64,000 nucleotides of DNA from positions 186,001 through 250,000 of the IMG/VR virus record IMGVR_UViG_3300009093_000034. The stretch is one strand, 5' to 3'. The notes under the pieces were generated by a model. It worked only from the letters and a program-made list of their open reading frames with translations. It was not told the origin of the DNA and made no database searches. The translations under genes were made by a program, and so were the position numbers. Every line of letters begins with the position of its first letter. The first letter of the stretch is position 1. Below, one piece after another: positions 19,692 to 27,875 of this stretch.

Positions 19692-20360
19692 ATGCCACGA
19701 AGGTCTGTGACCGAGACTCTAGACAGTCTTGAAAAGAAACTAGACAAATTACTAGAGACTGAGGTCTCAGATCTCGAATCAAAGGTCTTGAAAGGCGCTT
19801 GGAGAAAGAAGAAGCATGATGATCTTTCTTCAAACCTAAAAGACAATCATGGTTGGTTTAGCGTTGAAGACGTCATGTCTGCACCTGAAGACACCAAAAA
19901 AGGCATCGATTCTCTTATCAAGAAAGGTCTTTTGACCATCTTAACTGATGAAGAAAATTCAGATGACCATGAGTTCAAGCCCACTGAAAGAGGTCTTGAG
20001 GTCATGTACGACTTGTTTGACAAGTCTGGAAAATCCAATCGAGCTGGGGCTGGAAAGAAATTCCCAGTTAGAAAAGATCCAAAAGCTCCAGTCACCAAAG
20101 ATGACATTGCTAGAGTTGGAGAGTTTCTTCAAGAGTTTTATCCTGAGATTGATTGGGACTTTGAAGAAGGCCTTGGTCTTGGTCGCCGAGGTCCAAAGTT
20201 CGCCTTCATCTTTGTCAATGGTATCTCTCATAACAAAGACGAGATTCAAACCACAGCCAAGAGAATTGTTCTTGATTTCAAAGGTCAAGGTTTCTTAAAC
20301 ACCACTGAAGACATCAGTTTTGAGAATGGCTTTGCTGTGATTGAGTTGGAGGTGTGGTAA
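19692..20360 (+). CDS. Hypothetical protein, possible head internal protein
   Basis: AGGAG SD, ACTAATT upstream, N-terminal V-T-E/L-L-E sites. Confidence 0.55.
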   Translation: MPRRSVTETLDSLEKKLDKLLETEVSDLESKVLKGAWRKKKHDDLSSNLKDNHGWFSVEDVMSAPEDTKKGIDSLIKKGLLTILTDEENSDDHEFKPTERGLEVMYDLFDKSGKSNRAGAGKKFPVRKDPKAPVTKDDIARVGEFLQEFYPEIDWDFEEGLGLGRRGPKFAFIFVNGISHNKDEIQTTAKRIVLDFKGQGFLNTTEDISFENGFAVIELEVW

Positions 20361-21730
20361 TGAAGTTGACCAAGTTCATCCCATTAAGAGAAGACGATCA
20401 TACCATTCCTCATGAAGAGAACTTCTATGACTTGAACCCAGATCTTCAGATCGGTCCTAAGTTTGAAACTGGGGTTGATGAGTATTGTATTGAGTGTGGA
20501 GAACCTATGGATCCTCCAGACATCGATGAAAGTGGCAACCTGGTTTGTCCACATTGTGGCTTTGTAGAAGAGGATGACGTAGAAAGATGGCTTCGCTCTC
20601 GAACTGGCACTAATTACATAAGAGAGGCTATCAGAATGGCACGAGAACTAACCAAATTCATCTCGATTGACGAACAAGTCAGTCCTAACTACAAGATGGT
20701 GTCAGGAAAGAACCAAACTACACCACAAGGCAACGGAAGTGTTGCTACACCACTTAAGAAACAAGGATCCCCATCGGATCCAGCATCTTCCCCAGGTGGA
20801 CTTCCTAAGGGCGGAAAGCTCTCTGGAAAGTTTACCAACCACAGTGAGCTTAGTACTTACAACAGCAAGGAACCAATCACAGAGTCTACCAAGCTAGAAG
20901 AAACAACTCACGATGATTTTGTTGCCAACTATGGCGTTGAAATTAAGAGAGCTATTAAGAACTTGAAGTCTATCGGAAAGATCCTCAACGCTCTTCCTGA
21001 AGATTCTCCTTTCTTTGCTAAGTGGGAACAGGATCCTCATGATCCATTGAAACTAGCTGACCAAGTTATCGCTCAAGCTATTGAATCTTGGGCCGGGTCT
21101 GCTAATGACGTTTCAGTTGGAGAGATCGCAAGAGCAGCTGTTGCTAATCAAACTAGAAATGGAACTGAACCACAACAGGTTCTCTTCACCATTGAAGACC
21201 TTCTTAAGTACCTTGAGAGAAACACCAAGGGACTTGAGAAAGCCGTTGTTCATGAGTCCGTAGAAGTTTTGAACGAAAAAGAATCTCCTGAAAGCCATGG
21301 TCCTGGAGAAGATCCAGAGAAGCTTGCTGATGCTAGAGCATATGCTTATGCTAAGCTCGTTGACGACTTCGGTCTTAATGATGATGAAGCCTTTGAAGCT
21401 GTTGCATCAGCAGATGTTGGTCCATCAAGAGACCTTGATGACATGATTGATGCCATCGTTTGGGACGTAGTTGTCAACGACATCTCCCCATCCGACTTCT
21501 CTGAATCACAAAAGACACTTACAACCTTCAAACCTCTCAATGAGGATGGTGCCGCAGGCCGAACCACTGAGTATGCTACTGAGTCCAAGGAGATTGGAAA
21601 AGATTCTAAGACCCCTCTTCCAAAAGGTGGAGAGCTCTCTTCTGAGTTCAACAACGGAGAGAAGATTTCTCGTGGTCAAGAGATGATGCCAGAGAGTGGA
21701 AAGTTCACCAAGTTCACCCCTCTCAAATAA
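20360..21730 (+). CDS. Acidic modular protein with Zn-ribbon and repeated (L/F)TxFxx(L/I)xE motifs, putative head polyprotein
   Basis: CIEC...CPHC; four TKF/TTF motif copies; LPKGG.LS..F.N repeated twice. Confidence 0.6.
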   Translation: MKLTKFIPLREDDHTIPHEENFYDLNPDLQIGPKFETGVDEYCIECGEPMDPPDIDESGNLVCPHCGFVEEDDVERWLRSRTGTNYIREAIRMARELTKFISIDEQVSPNYKMVSGKNQTTPQGNGSVATPLKKQGSPSDPASSPGGLPKGGKLSGKFTNHSELSTYNSKEPITESTKLEETTHDDFVANYGVEIKRAIKNLKSIGKILNALPEDSPFFAKWEQDPHDPLKLADQVIAQAIESWAGSANDVSVGEIARAAVANQTRNGTEPQQVLFTIEDLLKYLERNTKGLEKAVVHESVEVLNEKESPESHGPGEDPEKLADARAYAYAKLVDDFGLNDDEAFEAVASADVGPSRDLDDMIDAIVWDVVVNDISPSDFSESQKTLTTFKPLNEDGAAGRTTEYATESKEIGKDSKTPLPKGGELSSEFNNGEKISRGQEMMPESGKFTKFTPLK

Positions 21731-21740
21731 GAAGGAAATA

Positions 21741-23471
21741 ATGGATTCTATTCTAAGAGAAGCTACTCTCCCCAAGTACGGTGTTTCGTTATCGCCAACT
21801 CGAGATCACGGTCAATTCATTGACTTTTTAGATACTCAATACAAGGTCCAAACAGCATCAGAATGGTTTAGAGATCCTGATCTAAAGAAATTAGAAGACA
21901 AAGTTAGGGATTGGTTTGTAGATAGAGAGATCACTTATGACATCTCTTCTATAAGAGGAACAAGAGACTTTTTGAAAACTTTATCCTTTCCAGACAATTG
22001 GGAAGATCTTCTAGACTCTTGTGATGTTTCAGTTATAACAGCTAAAGATTTACGATCAGCTATAGCTCTTGCTCGTAGTGAATCCTATGATGAGAGTACA
22101 AAAAAGACACTTACTCCCTTCAAAACTATGAACTCTTTCAAGTCTCTCCACGAAAATTGGACAGATGACTATGAAGATGGGGACATCGACGAACACTGTG
22201 TTGGTTGTGGTGCTCCTATTGATGATTACTTTGAAAGTGAGAACGGTGAGTTTGTTTGTCCTATTTGCGGTTTCAACGTAGGACCAAACGAAGAAGACCA
22301 AGAGTACTTTGACGAACTAGAAGTTCCAGGTGCCAGCATTGGTCGAGAACGTCCAGGTCTCTCAGACGAACAACAAGCTTACATTGATGCATGGGGTGAA
22401 CATGATCCAGATGACATCAACTTCGATGATTTTGAAGACTTCGAGTGGATGGAAGAATCAACACATCCCATCCTAAGAAAAAGATACTTTCAGGTTATGC
22501 TTGAACTAGATGCTCTCATGAGAACAGAAAAGACACCTCGAGTTCAGAAGCAAATTGAGATTCTTGAAAAAGAATTTGATGAACTAGAACGCGAGTTTGA
22601 TGCTGAACAACTTAAAGAAGCTTCAAGGAAGCCATTACCTTCGTGGGAAGAGCTTCAAGAAGTCTTAGATATCATCTCAAATGGAAAATGGTATCTTGTT
22701 GAAGATGATATCAAAAATTGGCCAAAGGTTCTTAAAGACAAAGTAGTCTCTCTAGCTGAGATGTTTGAGGAGATCTACAACATTAACTTTGGAGCTTCTG
22801 AATCTGGTGATCGTCGAAGACTTTCACTTGAGAATCAGATAGCTAGAAAGTGGGGATCGATCGAGAGACTAGTTAAGTCTCGTGTGTCTGAGTCTGCCCA
22901 ACAAAACATCCATGATGTAGAAAAGACTGAAGAACAACTTCACGTTGATATTGACATGGATGGAGAGAAGGGAGAATCTGCTGAACATCGAAAGAAGGTG
23001 TTAGGAGAGTCTAGAAGCGGATACCTTCTTAGCTTAACTCTTAAGTTCAAAAAAGGAGAAATTTCTATTTGGAAGGTTAGAGAAGCTCAAGCAGAAGCTG
23101 GGTGGACTGATACTAAATTGGAAACTTTTTGGAAAAAGTGGTCAAGTAAGATAGATCCTAAATCTGGATTTATTCGTACCCCAATCTTAGACGAATCCTG
23201 GTATAACAACTCAGAAGATCTTAATGAGATCAGTGAGATCCTTCAAATGCTTCCACCTGGTGAGATCAACAAGCTTAGAAAAGAACTAGATCTAGATGAT
23301 TGGGAGCTCTCTGTTTTGTCAGGACTTACAGTCAATAAACCTTTGGCTGAGAGTACCACACCTATTGTCCAGGACGACTCAGAAGCGTCTCCAGTTCAAG
23401 GCAATGGTGATGAGATAGGTGATTACTACAATGCTTACAAAGAAGCAGTTAAACTAGTAGATAGACTGTAA
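21741..23471 (+). CDS. Acidic modular protein with Zn-ribbon, putative head polyprotein (start re-assigned to 21741)
   Basis: AAGGA SD; CVGC...CPIC homologous to neighbour; many (L/I/V)-x-E-(S/A) sites. Confidence 0.6.
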   Translation: MDSILREATLPKYGVSLSPTRDHGQFIDFLDTQYKVQTASEWFRDPDLKKLEDKVRDWFVDREITYDISSIRGTRDFLKTLSFPDNWEDLLDSCDVSVITAKDLRSAIALARSESYDESTKKTLTPFKTMNSFKSLHENWTDDYEDGDIDEHCVGCGAPIDDYFESENGEFVCPICGFNVGPNEEDQEYFDELEVPGASIGRERPGLSDEQQAYIDAWGEHDPDDINFDDFEDFEWMEESTHPILRKRYFQVMLELDALMRTEKTPRVQKQIEILEKEFDELEREFDAEQLKEASRKPLPSWEELQEVLDIISNGKWYLVEDDIKNWPKVLKDKVVSLAEMFEEIYNINFGASESGDRRRLSLENQIARKWGSIERLVKSRVSESAQQNIHDVEKTEEQLHVDIDMDGEKGESAEHRKKVLGESRSGYLLSLTLKFKKGEISIWKVREAQAEAGWTDTKLETFWKKWSSKIDPKSGFIRTPILDESWYNNSEDLNEISEILQMLPPGEINKLRKELDLDDWELSVLSGLTVNKPLAESTTPIVQDDSEASPVQGNGDEIGDYYNAYKEAVKLVDRL

Positions 23472-23474
23472 ATT

Positions 23475-23504
23475 AAAAAGGTCCCTTTCGGGACCTTTTC
23501 TTTT
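23475..23504. terminator. Bidirectional rho-independent terminator
   Basis: AAAAGGTCCC-TTTC-GGGACCTTTT between convergent genes. Confidence 0.85.
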
Positions 23505-24462
23505 ACCTGTTCAACTTGACTGCCAACATTGCATCGATTGCTCTTCTAGCAGGCTCAATTAACTCTTCAGCCACAGTCACCTCAGGCAACTCGTTCTGAA
23601 GAGCAAGAAGAACCTTAGGAAGGGTGATCTTCTTCATGTGGGGACAAAGGTTACAGGGCCTGATGAACTCGGTGTCAGGGAAGTTGATGGCTACGTTGTC
23701 GGCCATCGAACACTCGGTGATTAACGCGATCTTCTCAGGCTTGTTCTTCTCCACATACTTGATCATCTGTGCCGTCGAACCAGCAAAGTCTGCAGCTTCA
23801 ACAACAGGAACAGGACATTCAGGGTGAGCGATGACCATCAGCTTCTTTCCATGCTGTTCACGAAGAGTCGTGATCTGTTCAGGAGTGAAGAGCTCATGGA
23901 CCATGCAGCTTCCGTTCCAAAGATGAAGTTTCTTCTTGGTCAGTTTCTGGATGTTTCTTCCAAGGTACTGGTCAGGGATGAAGATGATCTCGTCAGCATC
24001 CAAGCTCTCAACAACCTCGAGAGCGTTACCCGATGTGCAGCAAACATCCGTGACTGCCTTAACCGCAGCACTCGTGTTAACGTAGGTGACGACAGGAGCA
24101 CCAGGATGTTGTCTCTTCATCTCCAAAACGTCTTCAGCTGTGATGCCTTCACTGAGTGAACAACCAGCAGCCAAGTCAGCGATCAGAACCTTCTTGGTAG
24201 GGTTGAGGATCTTCACCGTCTCGGCCATGAAGTGAACACCACACATCACGATGATGTCAGCATCCGTGTTCACAGCTTCCTTTGCCAAAGCAAGAGAATC
24301 ACCAACGATGTCAGCGATCCCATGGAAGATGTCTGGGGTCATGTAGTTGTGGGCCAAGATAAGAGCGTTCTTCTCTTTCTTCAGCCGGTTGATCTCATCG
24401 ATGATGGGACCAATGATGGCCCACTCGACGTCGGGCACAAAGTTCTTAAGTTTGGGATTCAT
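23503..24462 (-). CDS. nadA: Quinolinate synthase NadA (start re-assigned to ATG 24462)
   Basis: ILAHNY, GDSL, CGVHFMAET, GCSL, TYVNTSA, CCTSGNA, GSCMVH, AHPEC, CPHMKK with three Fe-S cysteines; AGGA SD before MNPKL. Confidence 0.97.
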   Translation of the reverse strand: MNPKLKNFVPDVEWAIIGPIIDEINRLKKEKNALILAHNYMTPDIFHGIADIVGDSLALAKEAVNTDADIIVMCGVHFMAETVKILNPTKKVLIADLAAGCSLSEGITAEDVLEMKRQHPGAPVVTYVNTSAAVKAVTDVCCTSGNALEVVESLDADEIIFIPDQYLGRNIQKLTKKKLHLWNGSCMVHELFTPEQITTLREQHGKKLMVIAHPECPVPVVEAADFAGSTAQMIKYVEKNKPEKIALITECSMADNVAINFPDTEFIRPCNLCPHMKKITLPKVLLALQNELPEVTVAEELIEPARRAIDAMLAVKLNR

Positions 24463-24473
24463 GATGTCCTGCC

Positions 24474-24494
24474 TTATGCTCAATCTGAGCATAA
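24474..24494. promoter_or_regulatory. 21-bp inverted repeat matching the NadQ operator consensus
   Basis: TTATGCTCA-ATC-TGAGCATAA, between the -10 element and the nadA start; fits ttATRCTCannntGAGYATaa (consensus recalled from memory). Confidence 0.75.
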
Positions 24495-24509
24495 TTAGTA
24501 TTCATCAAT

Positions 24510-24518
24510 AATATCTCA
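24510..24518 (-). promoter_or_regulatory. TGAGATATT promoter motif for nadA
   Basis: AATATCTCA on + strand, upstream of the operator. Confidence 0.7.
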
Positions 24519-24547
24519 AAAAGAAAAAGCTCTGCCTAGGCAGAGCT
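24518..24547 (-). terminator. Terminator for the upstream paralog pair
   Basis: Perfect palindrome AGCTCTGCCTAGGCAGAGCT followed on the minus strand by TTTTCTTTT. Confidence 0.75.
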
Positions 24548-24584
24548 CTAACTTCTTCACAAACCTGCTATTTTTCGTACAGGT

Positions 24585-24971
24585 TTAGACAATGGCCATC
24601 TTGATGACTTTGTACTTAGCTGTCTCAAGTCGCTCAATCAATCTTTGATTAATTGCTGAAGCCAAAAGAGTATCAACAACGTTGTCAATCTCTGTATGCT
24701 TGTCATCATGACTAAAAGAACTAAAAGAATAAATTCTTTCTCCAGTGACATCAGGACATTCATTTTGAATTATGGCTTTCAGTTCCCATCTTTCAAAAAG
24801 AGTTCCTGTTCCAATTTTGTCACAGTCACTTTTGTTATGTTCATTCTTGTTGTAGATAACTTCCATACCATCCAACATAAGATTGAAGCACTTAGCTCCC
24901 TTCTCTGTGGCCTCGGAAACTCCTCTCCACCGACCAAGTTCAAACCGACCAAAAGCTGTTCGTGTAGCCAT
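24585..24971 (-). CDS. Hypothetical protein, paralog A of tandem pair
   Basis: RFELG..RGVS..T..GA.CFN and EIDNV..T.LASA...YKV shared with 25025-25348. Confidence 0.75.
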   Translation of the reverse strand: MATRTAFGRFELGRWRGVSEATEKGAKCFNLMLDGMEVIYNKNEHNKSDCDKIGTGTLFERWELKAIIQNECPDVTGERIYSFSSFSHDDKHTEIDNVVDTLLASAINQRLIERLETAKYKVIKMAIV

Positions 24972-24999
24972 GATTTATGTTTCTCCTCGCAGTGTTTAC

Positions 25000-25008
25000 A
25001 ATATCTCA
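25000..25008 (-). promoter_or_regulatory. TGAGATATT promoter motif
   Basis: Followed by GAGGAG SD and ATG 24971. Confidence 0.7.
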
Positions 25009-25024
25009 AGAAGAAACAAAAAAG

Positions 25025-25348
25025 TTAAACGTATTCCCAGTTTACCTTGTACATGCCTTCGAAAACTCTGTCGATGACCTTCTGTCGAACAGCAGAAGCA
25101 AGGATGGTTCCCATGACATTGTCAATCTCTCTGGACTTGTCTTCTCCAAAGAGGTAAGGACGTTCTCCGGTAATACCGTGTCCAAATTGTTCAATGTACG
25201 ATTTGAACTCTTGGCGAGAGAAGGTATCACTATCGATATCTTCAAGAAGATCTAAGAACTCATTAAAGCAACGAGCTCCTTCAATAGTTTCATCGCTTAC
25301 TCCTCTGTTTTTACCTAATTCAAAACGAGGAAAAGATTTTCGTGACAT
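25025..25348 (-). CDS. Hypothetical protein, paralog B of tandem pair
   Basis: See paralog A; own TGGATATT...AAGGAG leader. Confidence 0.75.
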   Translation of the reverse strand: MSRKSFPRFELGKNRGVSDETIEGARCFNEFLDLLEDIDSDTFSRQEFKSYIEQFGHGITGERPYLFGEDKSREIDNVMGTILASAVRQKVIDRVFEGMYKVNWEYV

Positions 25349-25407
25349 AGATATGTTCTCCTTAAGTGTTCAATATCCAATTAGTTATTTCGTATATTAA
25401 GGTAAGA

Positions 25408-27450
25408 ATGATTTCACTTCATGAACTAAACATAAAGAACTTTATGTCCATTGATTCTGCAGATTTTGATTTCTCAGACGGTGGATTCTTCGTTTTCAAA
25501 GGCCAATTCGGAGCAGGAAAGAGCTCTGTTTTGGCAGCTATCGCTCTTTGTTGGATCGAACATAGGCGAGGCGACTCTTACAAAGACTTCATTAAACAGG
25601 GAACTGAAGACTGTTCAGTACACCTAACTGGCATGCTATTGGGTCATCCTATCGAGTTTGAAACTACGATCAACGACAAATATGGTGTCAACAAAAAGAT
25701 CATCTACAAAGGTACTACGTACAAAAACTCAGAGTGTACCACCTTCTTAGCGTCTCTTGACATAGACTATCTCCAACATATCATGTTCTCCATGCAGGGT
25801 GAGGGTAACATCACTGACCTCAAGCCAGCTGAGAGAACTAAACTTCTTAAAAAGATCTTTGATTTTGAGTTTCAATCAGAGCTATCCGAGCTTGAGAAAA
25901 GACAGAATGAAGCCATAGAAAAAGGCCACACTCTTCGTGTTCAACTAGAGATGTTGAATCGTCGAGAGTTCAAAGATCAAGAGCTTCGTCCTGTTCTTTC
26001 TCCAAGTGAGAAACAAAACAAGAAGGTTGAACTTGAGAGACTTGAGATCGAGGAACAACACAATCAACGAGTTCGGTCTCAATATCAACTCACGTTAAGT
26101 AACAAAGAAGCTATCCAAAGAAGCTATGATTCTTACTCTGCTCAGATTGCTAGCATCGGTTCCCAATGTGAAAGTCAAGAGAACTATCTTACTTCGTTGA
26201 GATCTAACTTGACTTCTACCGAAGGTCATCTAGTCAATCTCTCAAATGAGAAGGACATTCAAGATCAGATCGATGAACAGAAGAATCTGGCCAACAAGTT
26301 CAACATCTTTAGAGAGTCTGAGCTCAAACAACTTCTGAACTTAAAAGATAGGTCTCATGAAGAACTTCAGAGAAAGCTTGAGATAGAGACTCACATCAAA
26401 GCTCATAGTCAAGGTATCTGTTCTCAATGTGGTCAAGCAACACATCCTGAGAACCTTCCTCAAATGGCTGACGAACTAGTAAGAGTTTCTGAGAACTACA
26501 AGAACTATAAAACCGGATTAGATGAGAAAGAGAAGAACCTATCAGCTAGAAACCGACAGATTTATGAGGCTGAGTCTAGACAACGTCAGTTAGAAGAAAC
26601 CTTGATCTCAAGCAGAGCCCAAAGAGAAACTGTCTCTAAGAGAATCAACGAACTCAAGTCTCAGATCACTCAAACAGAACAATCCTTGTCTAAGTTGAAG
26701 GACTCAAAGAGAAAAGCAGAGATGGATAAAGAGATGGTTGGAAAGCAACTTGATCTTGCCAACGTTGCTATTCTTCCTGAACCTAAGAGTAATCAATCGG
26801 CCATAGCAGACCTTCAGGCTATCTTGAGCTCTGATGATACAGCTGTTGAGGTGAATAAGGTTCTTCAGAATCAGAACAAGAAACTTCAAGAAGAGAAGAT
26901 TCAGAACAAGAAAGATGTTGATGAGAACATCAAGCAACAACAAGTCTTGGCTTCTGAAACAGTAGCTCTTCGAGAAGCTCAAAAGATCATTGAGGTAGAT
27001 CTTCCTAATTACATCATTGTCAAAGCATGTGGAAAGATCGAGAAGTACATCAATGAGTTTATCCAAGAGGTAAAGCCTGAAATGGCTGTCCGTCTTCTTC
27101 AAAAGAGAGGTGGAGTTGACTTCTTCTACAGTCCTCTTGAAGGGGTTTCTGAAGACAAGTGGTTATCAACTAAGATGGCCTCAGGCTTTGAGAAAGAACT
27201 ATTGAGTATCGCCTGGCGAGTAGCCTTGGCTAGAGCTTACCATCTTCCTATCTTGATCTTAGACGAGATCGATAGTGCAGCAAATCCCGCTGCTTCAGAA
27301 GCAACTTACAAGACATTAGCAAGACAAGAAGAGTTTGAACAAGTTTTTGTCATCTCTCACAAAGAAGAAATTGCTAACACACTAACTCTTGAAGCAGAGA
27401 ACGTAGCAGTTTGGCTCGTAGACTCTGGAACATTCACAAGAGAAATTTAG
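25408..27450 (+). CDS. SbcC/Rad50/T4 gp46-like recombination ATPase
   Basis: IKNFMS, Walker A GQFGAGKSS, CSQC zinc hook, coiled coil, ASGFEK signature, ILILDEID, VISH. Confidence 0.93.
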   Translation: MISLHELNIKNFMSIDSADFDFSDGGFFVFKGQFGAGKSSVLAAIALCWIEHRRGDSYKDFIKQGTEDCSVHLTGMLLGHPIEFETTINDKYGVNKKIIYKGTTYKNSECTTFLASLDIDYLQHIMFSMQGEGNITDLKPAERTKLLKKIFDFEFQSELSELEKRQNEAIEKGHTLRVQLEMLNRREFKDQELRPVLSPSEKQNKKVELERLEIEEQHNQRVRSQYQLTLSNKEAIQRSYDSYSAQIASIGSQCESQENYLTSLRSNLTSTEGHLVNLSNEKDIQDQIDEQKNLANKFNIFRESELKQLLNLKDRSHEELQRKLEIETHIKAHSQGICSQCGQATHPENLPQMADELVRVSENYKNYKTGLDEKEKNLSARNRQIYEAESRQRQLEETLISSRAQRETVSKRINELKSQITQTEQSLSKLKDSKRKAEMDKEMVGKQLDLANVAILPEPKSNQSAIADLQAILSSDDTAVEVNKVLQNQNKKLQEEKIQNKKDVDENIKQQQVLASETVALREAQKIIEVDLPNYIIVKACGKIEKYINEFIQEVKPEMAVRLLQKRGGVDFFYSPLEGVSEDKWLSTKMASGFEKELLSIAWRVALARAYHLPILILDEIDSAANPAASEATYKTLARQEEFEQVFVISHKEEIANTLTLEAENVAVWLVDSGTFTREI

Positions 27451-27460
27451 GAGAATCATT

Positions 27461-27772
27461 GTGGCATCATTAGCAGACGAGATGTTCGAATTTATTCAAG
27501 ATCTAGTTGATACAGACGCAGACCAAGAGACCATTGAAGAAGAGTTGATGCACACTTATGGCATTAACAAGGGCGAGGCCGTCGAGATTTATCGAGACTG
27601 GTTAAACGACAAAACTGGAGATTATGACAAGATCTCAAATGGAGACATTGAAGCTAAGTTTGAAACTTTAGTTGAAGACGGCTTCGAAGATTACGAAGCA
27701 CTTGAGATTCTTCAAAAGAAAACAGGTTACTCTGTCTCTGAGTTAAAAAAGATCCTTAGTGAGTATTTCTAA
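27461..27772 (+). CDS. Small acidic protein with two internal helical repeats
   Basis: AGGAG SD; LV.....E...L....G.....L..I....(L/F) pattern twice. Confidence 0.6.
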   Translation: MASLADEMFEFIQDLVDTDADQETIEEELMHTYGINKGEAVEIYRDWLNDKTGDYDKISNGDIEAKFETLVEDGFEDYEALEILQKKTGYSVSELKKILSEYF

Positions 27773-27784
27773 GACTTATACTAA

Positions 27785-27875
27785 TTCTTTGTGTCGTCGT
27801 TGACGCACAAAGAAGAAAAAGACCTACAATGGTCAAAAATAAAACGATCCGTTTGTGATCAAAAAGGACATCATT
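27785..27875 (+). promoter_or_regulatory. Structured 5' leader of the SSB gene (three hairpins with A-rich linkers)
   Basis: 13-bp bulged stem 27785-27814, GACC/GGTC 27821-27834, GATC/GATC 27846-27860. Confidence 0.55.

Noticed and set aside
24463-24492. ORF-track start of nadA at 24492
   Set aside because: That ATG is inside the inverted repeat and lacks an SD; ATG 24462 has AGGA upstream
24463-24585. NAD+ riboswitch upstream of nadA
   Set aside because: The leader between promoter and start is only ~45 nt and is explained by a DNA operator-like inverted repeat; the other hairpin is a terminator
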